In this document: positions 1-11,720 of the stretch, one piece after another
Layout: the number at the start of each line of letters is the position of its first letter
How positions within the stretch are numbered: position 1 is the stretch's first letter
Assembly: GCF_046119375.1 (NCBI RefSeq)
Contig: NW_027362767.1
Location: forward strand, 284,394,001 to 284,458,000
DNA from: Phyllobates terribilis
Lineage: Eukaryota
Reading direction: 5' to 3'
Length of the DNA stretch: 64,000 nt
Made by a program: the position numbers and the translations under genes
The notes under the pieces: generated by a model
Told to the model about the DNA's origin: nothing
The model's input: only the letters and a program-made list of their open reading frames with translations
Databases searched by the model: none

Positions 1-815
1 GCAGAGCTTTACGGGGAAGTACTCACTTCTGTTCCTGGTGCAATTAGTCCACTCACTAAGTGTGCAGCATGTGTGAAATGGTGCCTGGCATTTTTTTGGC
101 CATCCTAGTCAATTGGATTGCAGATTGTTTGAATTCATGTGGAACCATGGATTCAGTAAATCTGAGTCGAATTCAATCTTCCGAAGGTCAATCCATTCAT
201 CACTAATTTTGACCAAGTCAAGCTTACTACATAGATACAATAACAGAACCAAGCTTACTACATAACAAGATGTATTATGTAGATATGGGAACAGAAACAG
301 AAGTAGTGCAGACATCAAACCACCCCAACTTTTTTAAGGCATTGAAAGAATTTATGGTATTACTCCCCACAATCAACATTTTTTTGTGATATGAAAAATA
401 GATCCACTCTATTAGTTTAAAAAATCCATAAAAAATAACATACAAGTGACATACAATTACATCCCCTTTTTGTATACAGTGCAAGATTTGAACACCTGGT
501 GCAAATCTAGCTTCAGCTACATTACGTACATAAGCCTATACTGTATATACATGCTTATACACAGGAATATTTACATATACATACACTCGGTTTAAACATA
601 CATATACACAGCACACACTTTTACACATAACTAACCATATATATCTACACATACATAGACCTTAGAATATATTCATACATACACATATACTGTACATAGG
701 CATGCAAAGGCATATTTACATATACATAGACATTATGTATACACATATGTAGGCATATTTAAATATATAGATAGTAATACAATCTATTCATATATTGGTG
801 TACTTTTAGACTTAG

Positions 816-1504
816 TGTCATGGCACTGTTGCAGGATATCCTGGGGCTATGGGCTCCTTCTCTATCTCTCAAGCTAGGGGTACACTAGTCTGTCCTGGCT
901 CCTTGGATTACTTCTGATGGTGAAGATGCCAGGGCCACGTGCCTTGCTGAGCTCCTAAATCAGCCCTTATATGTTCCCTCCCCCACCAAGGGAAGTGGGG
1001 AGTTGCAGTGTGTAAGAATACACAAACTAGGCTAACAAGGGAAGATGAACAGGGATAAATGAAAATGCTAATCATACAAATATGCACTCACAAACAACAG
1101 AGTGGAACACTGGGAAGTATAGGTAGGAAAAAACAAGTAGAAGAAGATTAAGATATGCACACAGACAAATCACCAAGCAATAGTCTTCTGAATAACACTC
1201 CAAATACCCTCCTCAAACAACCAACACATCTAATTACAGAAACATGCAGTATGCACTAACACTGATAATCTCTAAGTGCTAGAGGCAAGTATAAATAGCT
1301 GAGGGGATGGCCAACACTGAACAGCTGAGACCGACAAAGCAGGGAAGCTTCAGGAGCTCTCAACTGAACAGATTAATCCCTGCACTACCAGCAAGGAGAA
1401 AACCTGTTTAATATAATGGTGAAGTGCTTCTAACCAGTGCAAGAGTACGTGAAGCCAGACACCGTGGTCTTCTGCCCTCTCGCTGTCACGGAATACCCGT
1501 GACA
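816..1504. mobile_element. Solo LTR (Gypsy/ERV-type), 689 bp
   Basis: Termini TGTCATGG...CCGTGACA (near-perfect inverted); 5-bp TSD CTTAG at 811-815 and 1505-1509; no internal coding region. Confidence 0.8.
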
Positions 1505-2047
1505 CTTAGAATATCTGGCAGCTCAGGCAGGGAGTAGAAGCCATGTCTGGCTCTTGAGAAGCCAGGAGAAAAAGTACAGAAATTGAAAGTGCACACAGCC
1601 GATACTTCTTCGGCAGACATCAGAGTCCTCTGCACACCATAGCCATATGTTAGCGTCAGACATTCTGAGCACTGTAGCTGCTGTATACCACATCCTGATA
1701 CTTGCTTTTGTTAGGTCCTTGTGCAAATGGCCATTAACAATAAGCAATTCATTTATTCTGTAATTTCTAAAAATCCATTTACAAGCTGCTGTGACCTTTA
1801 GAATTATTAGAAATCCAGTATAAATTAATTGCTTAATGTTAATGGCCTTCCTGTCTTTGCACAATAGAGTGGCCATTAAGAATAAGCAAACAATATTCAG
1901 TAAAATTCAAATAATCCATTTAAAAACTGTTAAGACTTTAAAAAGTGTCCATAATGCAGCCATATCTTGGCCATTCCCTGAGCTTGCAATGATCACTACG
2001 AAGGACCCTGCAAAAAGTTTTTTGTTAGGGTTGACTTTGTACTTTAA

Positions 2048-2463
2048 AGCACCACTACAGTGTTTTTTTTATTGCAGCGATGGAGTGGTGCTTCTAATCT
2101 AAGGTCTCTGAATCTACTCTCAGACTTACCTGCTGTGGTCTTCATGTTCCATCGCCACCATTGCGGTCCGTCTCCATCAGTTTGTGAGCTGCCGATTTGC
2201 TCCAATCTTTGCTGTAGCGAGCCAGAGGTCACAACTCAATGCAAGTCCATGAGAACCTAGTTCTGACTCTCATAGACATGCATTGAGAACTTGTCACCAT
2301 TACCTCTGACTTTTGGCCAGTCAGAAGTTGCAGTCATAAAATAGGACCGGAGCAGTGCCGAAAAAAAGGTGAAGGTGGCTGGTGGTGAGTATAAGAGTAG
2401 GGGCAAGGACCTTACTTTAGAAGCACCATTACAGTGCGGAAAAACAAACGCTGGAGTGGTGCT
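2048..2463. mobile_element. TTAA-flanked MITE (T2/Kolobok-like)
   Basis: TTAA at 2044-2047 and 2464-2467; TIR AGCACCACT(A/C)CAG; same family as 30774-31085. Confidence 0.75.
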
Positions 2464-3833
2464 TTAATCACTCAGTGTTGTTAGTGATGGCACATTACAA
2501 AGGTGACAAAATAAAATAAAAAAAAGGTCTCACATTAAGGCATTAAAAAAAAGGTTTCGTGTGATTTAAAAAAATTGGCCATGAGTTGAAAATGCTTCCT
2601 CACTGCCAAGGAGTCTCCTGAGGGACCTGCAATGATGTCATTCCGTCTATTACTCACATGACCACTACAGTCAATTGAAGGTCTCATCGGTGACTTAGAT
2701 GTATAACACATGACTGAGGTCAGGGATCACTTGCAGTGGTCACAAAAAGAATGACCACAACAATATCACCCCATTAGGTGGTAGAGTACTGGGGATTCAG
2801 CAGGTAAATGATAGTTATTTGTTTTATTTATTTATTTGATTGTTGTTTATTTTATTATTTCTTTAGTTATAAAATTCCCTATTCATAAATAAGCATTTTA
2901 AATTACCCGTAAACCTGTTTAAGATAATGTCCAATTATTCTATTACACACGTTATTGGAACCAACAATACATTTCAAGTAACTATTTGGGTGATGCGAAG
3001 GCTTCTCTGAGGCAGTCTTGAGACATCTGCATATACCATGAAACAAAGTCTCTATGTTCTCATTATTTAGCATCTAGAGAGCACTGTCATATTGCTGACA
3101 CTATAATAACTGTGCTGCTCTGTGGCCTATCTAGCATGAAATACTACATCTTTATGTGTGGTCTGATTATTTACCTAGGCAGAAAAAGTGACAGGTAAGC
3201 TCCTTTGTATAATAAATGCAAGCATGATACTAAAAGCACATATCAGGTGTACCATTTGGTCGTACTTGTCAGTCTATATTATGATGTTTTTCAGAGCTAA
3301 TAAGGACAACCTGAAGGTTCAAAAGGATAGGACAATTTATCTGCAACAAATTATTATCAAGTTGTTAGAAAAATATTGTCCACATGGCTCAGCTTTCTTC
3401 ACGATCATCCTTGAAGCAGACTTGGTCCCTAGATGTCAAGGCAGCAACAATGCAAATGCAATATCAGTAAATAGAGCTGAAAATAAACAGCTCAAAAGTC
3501 TCGTTATTTCCCCACAATCAATAATTTGTGCATGTTGTGCTTAACAAATCGATGATTAAATCAGAAACTCTCAATCTTTTTGTTTTGGGGCCTTAACGTC
3601 CAGAACATGATGAGTGAACTTAAAATTAAAAAATTCTGCTTGATGTATCCATTTACCCTTCATAAACATTAAAATAATCCCCCAAAAAGTTAAATTTGTT
3701 GCTAAACCAGAAACTACTGTAGCTAAAGAAAGGCTTGTGCAGCTTATGATTACTTTTCTAAGTACAGCCTCCCCAACTCAGCCTCACCAATAATAGAGGG
3801 GGCCTCACAGATGGAGAAGCACTAGTCTAGACA

Positions 3834-4154
3834 ATATGCAAATTGCCTCTTCAGAGTAGAGGAGGACTTGAACACTAGTACCACCTATTAGAAGTCTCCT
3901 TACCCTGGTATATCAGGCGTGTCCACAAGGATAGATGTTACCTCTTAGACCTCAGTCTGAGGCCTCTCATACAGCCAAAGCAGATATCGTGCTTTGCACT
4001 AATGAAGGGCAACACCCCTAAACACGTGTCTGCAAATTAAGATTGTGGTTTGGCTTTTATCCTAAGGCTCGATATTGACTTTTAGAATTGCTACTTACAA
4101 AAGGTGGCACTAGAGTTCAAGTCTTCTTCCTCTATGAAGAGGCAATTTGCATAT
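3834..4154 (+). mobile_element. Small element with ~53-bp terminal inverted repeats enclosing a hammerhead ribozyme motif
   Basis: ATATGCAAATTGCCTCTTCAGAGTAGAGGAGGACTTGAACACTAGTACCACCT (3834-3886) is an imperfect inverted match to 4102-4154; HHR motif at 3993-4036. Confidence 0.7.
3993..4036 (+). ncRNA. Minimal type I hammerhead ribozyme, degenerate
   Basis: Stem I TTTGCA/TGCAAA; core CTaATGA (G5>A); stem II GGG-CAACA-CCC; tAAAC (G12>T); palindromic stem III ACACGTGT; GTC cleavage triplet. Confidence 0.7.
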
Positions 4155-4584
4155 CTAATTTCCTAAATGAGTAATGCATGGTCTATCAGTCTCCTTACAT
4201 TGACATCTCAGGCACGTTACGCTCCACGAGGAACAACTTTACCCCTTTGACCTTATTTTAGACAAAATTTTAGTCAAAGTACAATATGCAGATTACACTT
4301 TGAAGGAATATTTTTTATAAAATTTGGCTCTATGTCTTCCACACATCAACCTAACATGTTCCTTGGTCCTTCAATTCTACTGCTGCATCACATATGTACA
4401 AGAGATGACATAAATGTCTATTACATATAGATCCCATCAATACTAATCCTGGTGAATTTGGAACTCCCATTAAAGTGAATAGAGAAATCCATGGAGATGC
4501 AGCCACTTCTGCCTTCACACTGGCTCAAGATGGGGCCCTATTCTCACAATAGGCACATGTCCCTGTGGTGGTGGGACGCACATA

Positions 4585-6213
4585 CAGTACAGACCAAAAG
4601 TTTGGACACCCCTTCTCATTTAAAGATTTTTCTGTATTTTCATGACTATGAAAATTGTACATTCACACTGAAGGCATCAAAACTATGAATTAACACATGT
4701 GGAATTATATACTTAACAAAAAAGTGTGAAACAACTGAAAATATGTCTTATATTCTAGGTTCTTCAAAGTAGCCACCTTTTGATTTGATGACTGCTTTGC
4801 ACACTCTTGGCATTCTCCTGATGAGCTTCAAGAGGTAGTCACCGGAAATGGTCTTCCAACAATCTTGAAGCAGTTCCCAGAGATGCTTAGCACTTGTTGG
4901 CCATTTTGCCTTCACTCTGCGGTCCAGCTCATCCCAAACCATCTCGATTGGGTTCAGGTCTGGTGACTGTGGAGGCCAGGTAATCTGGCGTAGCACCCCA
5001 TCACTCTCCTTCTTGGTCAAATAGTTCTTACACAGCCTGAAGGTGTGTTTGGGGTCATTGTCCTGTTGAAAAATAAATGATGGTCCAACTAAATGCAAAC
5101 CGGATGGAATAGCATGCCGCTGCAAGATGCTGTGGTAGCCATGCTGGTTCAGTATGCCTTCAATTTTGAATAAATCCCCAACAGTGTCCCCAGCAAAGCA
5201 CCCCCACACCATCACACCTCCTCCTCCATGCTTCACGGTGGGAACCAAGCATGTAGTGTCCATCCTTCACCTTTTCTGCATCGCACAAAGACACAGTGGT
5301 TGGAACCAAAGATCTCAAATTTGGACTCATCAGACCAAAGCACAGATTTCCACTGGTCTAATGTCCATTATTTGTGTTCTTTAGCCCAAACAAGTCTCTT
5401 CTGCTTGTTGCCTGTCCTTAGCAGTGGTTTCCTATCAGCTATTTTACCATGAAGGCCTGCTGCACAAAGTCTCCTCTTAACAGTTGTTGAAGAGATGTGT
5501 CTGCTGCTAGAACTCTGTGTGGCATTGACCTGGTCTCTAATCTGAGCTGCTGTTAACCTGTGATTTCTGAGGCAGGTGACTCGGATAAACTTATCCTCAG
5601 AAGCAGAGGTGACTCTTGGTCTTCCTTTCCTGGGGCGGTCCTCATGTGAGCCAGTTTCTTTGTAGCGCTTGATGGTTTTTGCAACTGCACTTGGGGACAC
5701 TTTCAAAGTTTTCCCAATTTTTCGCACTGACTGACCTTCATTTCTTAAAGTAATGATGGCCACTCGTTTTTCTTTACTTAGCTGCTTTTTTCTTGCCATA
5801 ATACAAACTCTAACAGTCTATTCAGTAGGACCATCAGCAGTGTATCCACCCGACTGCTGCACAACACAACTGATGGTCCCAACCCCATTTATAAGGCAAG
5901 AAATCCCACTTATTAAACCTGACAGGGCACACCTGTGAAGTGAAAACCATTTCCGGTGACTACTTCTTGAAGCTCATCAAGAGAATGCCAAGAGTGTGCA
6001 AAGCAGTCATCAAAGCAAAAGGTGGCTACTTTGAAGAACCTAGAATATAAGACATATTTTCAGTTGTTTCACACTTTTTTGTTAAGTATATAATTTCACA
6101 TGTGTTAATTCATAGTTTTGATGCCTTCAATGTGAATGTTCAATTTTCATAGTCATGAAAATACAGAAAAATCTTTAAATGAGAAGGTGTGTCCAAACTT
6201 TTGGTCTGTACTG
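4585..6213 (-). mobile_element. Tc1/mariner transposon, DD38E (Intruder-type), full length, defective
   Basis: TA TSD at 4583-4584 and 6214-6215; ~268-bp TIRs (4585-4852, 5946-6213) beginning CAGTACAGACCAAAAGTTTGGACAC; transposase remnants inside. Confidence 0.95.
4748..5799 (-). pseudogene. DD38E transposase pseudogene
   Basis: Paired-like HTH N-terminus with GRPR linker; [14 protein letters not shown] and PDLNPIE motifs with 38 residues between the second D and E; in-frame TAA at 5368-5370 and a frameshift near 5265. Confidence 0.93.
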
Positions 6214-7050
6214 TATGTCAGACATTTATGTTATATCCTTTATGGTTGTGTTCTAAATGTCAGTACGTATAAAATATCAAAACAAAAAATTGCAAACATA
6301 GCTCTTAACATTAACACAACATAAGACACCTGCTTTCTCCATTCCAGGTTTTCCCAGTAAGAGAAAAGTTGTATTAAAATGTTTTATATGATGTTTTTGG
6401 TCTCCGTGGAGTTCTCAGCATTTTCTTAGGATAGCGAAGGAGTTAACACATCTGTACTGATTTATTTCTTCGGACTCCATGAGGAAGAGAGAATCTTCTC
6501 ACAAGCCAGAGACGCCATGAATCCTATTGAGACTCCGTTCACTTGTCAGTAGACTCCACTAATGAAAATAAACAGATGTGAGCTGGATAGGAAAAAATTG
6601 CAAGTCACCGCCACAGGCTCATCTCAGACACCAACACCTGGATACGACAGTCTTATTGGCTTCACTTGGGACCTACTTTCTGTTCAATCTATTGCTTTTA
6701 GGAGCTTGTCACATTTTGCTCCCATTTCCATCTTATATAAAACACACCTTTTTCTTAGAAGATATACGTTATTGTGCTGGTCATTTTTCTACTGTAATAT
6801 GTATATTATGCATTATTAGACTTGAAGTAGATTCGGGGCCTTCAAGTTTTTAGAGTCATGGATGCATTTTACGTTAAAAACCATTGACATCACAGTCCTA
6901 GTAAACTGTTGTACAGCACCATGACGTAACACATCCACTGTATAATTCATGAAATAGAAAAATATTTGTAGATTGCAATACACAACTAAATGAGTCTATG
7001 AATAACTATGATATTTTCCTACATGGTAAGGTGCTACTAGATGTTCACAG

Positions 7051-7500
7051 TAGAGAGGAGCAAATCAGGCAAAATTTGAGTTTGCTTGTGCGTGTGGATT
7101 TCACCGCGAAATTCAATTTGTAGAGACATTATTCCCCGTGAATTTAATGTACCTTATTATGCTTTAAGGGTTTCTCTGAACACCAAAAAATAATAAACAT
7201 AAAAAACTCATACTCATCTAACCACTCACCTCTCCGGCCTCTCCTGATGCTACCTGCCCACTGTCCAGTCCTCTGCGGAGATCTGAACAGTGGTCAGGGA
7301 GCAATGGGGGCGATCAGGTAGGTGAACCTTAAGATGAGTATGTTATTTTTCTTTTTATCCATTTTCCCACCCTCTACTGTTCAGCAAGATGGAAGTCACA
7401 GCTGGCTTCCATTTTGCTTAATTTGCGTGAAACAAATTACCAAAAAAACTGTAAACTTGAAGTAGAATTCAAATTCCCTTGAATAAATTTGCTCATCTCC
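7051..7500. mobile_element. Degenerate hAT-type MITE
   Basis: Inverted ends TAGAGAGGAGCAAAT...ATTTGCTCATCTCC resemble the TAGTGATGAGC MITE family; TSD not recognisable. Confidence 0.45.
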
Positions 7501-9040
7501 TGCGCAGAGTATATAGCAAGTTCCAGTTCTCTGCATTGTGATGTTCTGATCACTGCAGAAAAGCCAATAATAATGGCTTGCAGGGCAGAAAGCTAGTTCT
7601 ATTGGCTGCTATGTACTATTTGGTGAATTTTATGCAGATATTGGAAGAGTGACTGACATCTAGACTGAACTGATTCCTAGCTGATGGTATATGGTGCAAC
7701 CCAGATAAGAGTCCAAGAATTAGGAAAGTCAAACTCACATTTACTTGCAGTGCAATAAATCATCACAGGTACATGGCCTGAGAATTAGCAAAGGAGTTGA
7801 CATCAGAACAGCCGCTGAATATGCAGAGCTCATGTGAATCCCCAAGTGGATGTTTAAGCCAGGATATGGCTGGGGAATGCATCTCTGAGTTCAGAGGAGC
7901 GTTTTTTTTATTTTTGATGTTTTCACTTATTTTATCTTGTGGAAAAAAGATGTGTAGTTGGAAGGCAAAATTGGATTAAATGAAGTTAGAGACAAGGACA
8001 CAGAAGTTCTGCTCTCAATGGTTTTCTCCTGTTCTTTATTGATGAGGTATAAAGTACATGCAAGGTCCTTACATCCAGGCACAAAACACATACAGTATGA
8101 TGCCCTGCTCGGCAAAGCACTAGTGATGGGCAGACCCGTGGATGTTTGGGTCCATCGAGTTTGGCCTAACTTTATTAAAAAGTTTGGTTCAGGGAATAGA
8201 ATAGTACCCCAACTCAATCCCAATCCCGGACAGCATTCAAATGAATGGGGGGCCGAAACATCCTGCGGTTCCCACGCTGTCATCTGTGAGACAGTGCGGG
8301 AAACGCCAGCTTACCGCTGATCACAGCGCTGCGCTTCCCATGCTGTAACACAAAAATGACAGGGTGTGAGCCAGCAGGTGTGACCGGTGGTGAAAAGGTT
8401 ACCTCCGGTCAGGAGTCGACAGATGAATACTACTCTCATCATCGTATGCCTGGTCTCGCTGATAGGAGCGAGAGCTGGTGTACTCTAATGAGAGTAATCG
8501 CAAGCAGGTGCCTGTGCATAGAAAAAGATGTCAGCGAGATATATAATTAGTGCAGTATGTGTGTATTTTACTGTACATTTCTTTACCTAATAAATACATA
8601 AAAGAAAAAAATGGTTTGGGGTCCCCCCTATTTTTTCTAACCAGCTGAAGGAAAGCAGAAAGCAGGGGGCTGGTGTTGTTATTCTGGGAAAGGGACAATA
8701 TCAATGAAGCAATAGAGAACTGAATGTCTAACAAAACCCCTTAGGGATGAGAAATCATTCTAACAAATTACCCAAAAGGTAAATGGACCCAACTTAAGGA
8801 ATAATGTGATTAAAACTTGACTTTCACTGTAATTAATTAATATGGTCTAGCAAAGATTAAAATAGCTCAGGTGGTATTGCTGTGTAGCATTTCTTTGGGA
8901 TTCCTCTATGGGATATCACTCTCCTAAAGCTAATATATCTCCTACCTAGAGATAGTCCACTAACTCGGATAGTTTTTCTAAGGACAAAGAAAAATGTCAG
9001 TTGTAAGACCAATAGAAGTGATTAAAATTCACTAGTAACC

Positions 9041-9079
9041 TCCCCGACATGTTTCTCCATGACTGGCTTCATCAGGGGA
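9041..9079 (-). ncRNA. Minimal type I hammerhead ribozyme, catalytic core intact
   Basis: Minus strand reads TCCC-CTGATGA-A-GCCA-GTCA-TGGA-GAAAC-AT-GTC-GGGGA: stem I, palindromic stem III (ACATGT), GTC triplet; one G.A mismatch at the base of stem II. Confidence 0.75.
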
Positions 9080-9163
9080 CTGAGGCTAGACTAAGTTAAA
9101 AAACAGAGTGAAGGTCTTTTAAGGCTTCTGTTGTGACATCATCAAATTACGTCACCCGGTCAC

Positions 9164-9335
9164 AGGCCAATCACCAAACCAAGATTGCAATGATGTCTAA
9201 GTCACATGTTAAGGTCCTGTAAAACAGAGACCACATTCAGTCCTACATTGATCATAGGCCAATCACCAAACCAGGATTGCGATGATGTCACAGTCACATT
9301 CTAAGGTCCTGTAAAACAGAGACAACATTCAGTCC
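9164..9335. repeat. Tandem duplication, ~92-bp period, two copies
   Basis: AGGCCAATCACCAAACC...GGTCCTGTAAAACAGAGAC..CATTCAGTCC starts at 9164 and again at 9256. Confidence 0.85.
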
Positions 9336-9484
9336 AATTGTATCATTACTATTAAAATGTCCTATTGCATACTGTATATCATTGGACTCTAATCAATTTG
9401 CTCATACTGTTACTCTGCATATCAAGGGATCTTAAAAATCTTTCATTTAACAACCAATATAATTTCTAATAAACTCATATACCA

Positions 9485-9789
9485 ACTATACCGTAGGTTT
9501 GTTCAAGGATCGTCCGGGTCCTTTGAAAGTATGCATCAGACAACATCTTTCTGATGTGATTAATCCACTTGCAGTATCCACATCTGCGGTTTCCAAACAT
9601 TTTGCCAATATACACAAATGGGATGTGAGTGGCTTTAGATCCTGCGGCATAGAAAAGGTGTATCGACCTTATTGAGGAGGGGATTACAAACGTAAATTAC
9701 TAAACAGAGAGTCCTATTGGATTTTCATGTTAGAAACTAGAACTCCCCATGGACTCAACCTTAAGCAGGACCTAATCCTACAATATTGA
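9485..9789 (+). pseudogene. Penelope-like element GIY-YIG endonuclease C-terminal fragment (5'-truncated)
   Basis: Manual translation ...LKVCIRQHLSDVINP...SKHFANIH...GIEKVYRPY*GGDYKRKLLNRESYWIFMLETRTPHGLNLKQDLILQY* fits the HF..H / GIE / RGG / RE..WI..L.T..P.GLN pattern of PLE endonucleases; not in the ORF track because there is no Met. Confidence 0.85.
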
Positions 9790-9960
9790 TCATGTCTTTC
9801 CATTCTAGGCGCACTTTTCTTTGTCTCCACATACTATGTTGTGCTTAGGTACTGCTGTTGTTTTAATTTGATTTTAATGATCCATTTTGTCTAGCCAATC
9901 ACATTGCTGTGAGGTTATGCCCTCAAAGGCATCTAATTTTACTTTCTTGACTAGGAAGTT

Positions 9961-9998
9961 AGACCATGAGTAAGACGCAAGTCAAAACACATAGGTTC
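9961..9998 (+). ncRNA. Heavily decayed hammerhead ribozyme in a PLE 3' pseudo-LTR
   Basis: CCATGAGTAA-GAC-GCAA-GTC-AAAAC-ACAT-AGG fits CTGAGGAA-stemII-GAAAC-GCGT with CpG-type decay; ~170 bp after the endonuclease stop. Confidence 0.5.
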
Positions 9999-10504
9999 TA
10001 TCACTAGTACCTAAATGTACATCTATACTAATGTGCGCTCATAAGTAGATTGAATTTGCTTTTTAAGTGGCTCAATAAAAGCTTTATTTTATAACAAGAT
10101 TCAAAGTCTACATCGCTGGATCTTCTATCTCTACATGTATTATTTAAAACATATACATACATATAAATATCAGAGATAATAATATAGAAGATAAAAGAAA
10201 AACTCTGCCTGAAACTTTATAAAGGATGGATTATTTTGTCTTGTTTTGCTATTTTGCTCTGGGTAGAATTCATCTCAATATGTGCTATGTCAAATCTTCA
10301 AAGAATGACACGACTCAATAAAGCTTGAAGCTGACTTGTGATGGCGTGGGTGGACCAAGGGTAACATGTCCTTTGCTTCAGTGATGCCAGATTTGCCTTC
10401 AGTGTGGTTATCAGTCTATTACAAGCACCAGGCAGATACAGAAGAAGGACAGATGCTGTACATCAGTACTATACCTTCAAGTAATAAGGAAAAAGGGATT
10501 ATTC

Positions 10505-11720
10505 ATGTAATAGCCCCTTTCTGATGTGGAGCGTAATAGTACGCCCCCCGTCAGATCCCCTGATCTATACAGCTGACATGTGCCCACAACAGCCGTGGGT
10601 GGAATCGCGATCCACCCGCGGCTGTTAACTAGTTAAATGCCGCTGTCAATCTCTGACAGCAGCATTTAGCTTGCACAAACCGGATGCGCGTCATTGGCCC
10701 CACCCTTTGGCGACCCCGTCACATGATCGCGGGTCATCCCAGGTTGGTATGACAACCTGGGGTCTACAGCAGACACCTGTGGTTGTCACTGACAGATTGC
10801 TATGAGCGCCGCCCAGCGGTCGACACTCATAACAAGTGAGCTAATCTGCTACATACAGGTGATCTGCTCATCGCCTGTGTGTAGTACAGGAGATCAGACA
10901 ACTGCTGCTTCTAGTCTCCCATGGAGACTATTGAAGCAAGCAAAAAGTGTAAAAAATTGCTTTTAAAAATATTAAAAAAATAAATAATATATAAAAGTTT
11001 AAATCACTCCCATTTTGCCCCATTCAAAATAAAACAATAAAAAAACTCATACATACACATATTTTGGTATCGCCGCATTGAGAATCGCCCGATATACCAA
11101 TATGAAAAAATAATTAATCCGATCGGTAAACGGCGTAATGAAAAAAAAATTCTAAACGCACGAATTATGTTTTTTTTTGTCATCATAACATTGCAATAAA
11201 ATGCAATAACGGGTGATCAAAACATCGGATCTACCCCAAAATGGTATCAATAAAACCATCAGCTCGGCGTGCAAAAAATAAGCCCTCACTCAGCCCCAGA
11301 TCCCAAAAAATGGAGACGCTACGGGTCTCGAAAAATGGAGCAAATTTTTTAAGCAAACTTTGGATTTTTTTTCACCACTTAAAAAAGAACCTATACATGT
11401 TCGGTGTCTACAAACTCGTAATGACCTGGAGAATCATAATGGCAGGTCAGTTTTAGCATTCAGTGAACATGGTAAAAAATAAACAACTGTGGAATTGCCC
11501 TTCTTTTGCAATTTCACCGCACTTTAAAATTTTTTCCCGTTTTCCAGTACACGATATGGTAAAACCAGTGATGTCGTTAATAGGTACAACTTGTCCCGCA
11601 AAAAATAAGCCCTCACACGGCCATATTGACAGAAAAATGAAAAAAAATGATGGCTCTGGGAAGAAGGGGAGCAAAAAACGAAAATGGAAAAAAACGGAAC
11701 ATGGTCCTGTCATGAAGGGG
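10505..11720. mobile_element. Non-autonomous piggyBac-like element, one end preserved
   Basis: Right end ...CATGAAGGGG followed by TTAA at 11721-11724; left end not found, so the start is approximate. Confidence 0.55.

Noticed and set aside
1-320. Minus-strand GTGAGT donors and a 69-aa ORF as a possible host exon
   Set aside because: No recognisable protein or clear acceptor; partly resembles decayed TAGTGATG-type MITE sequence
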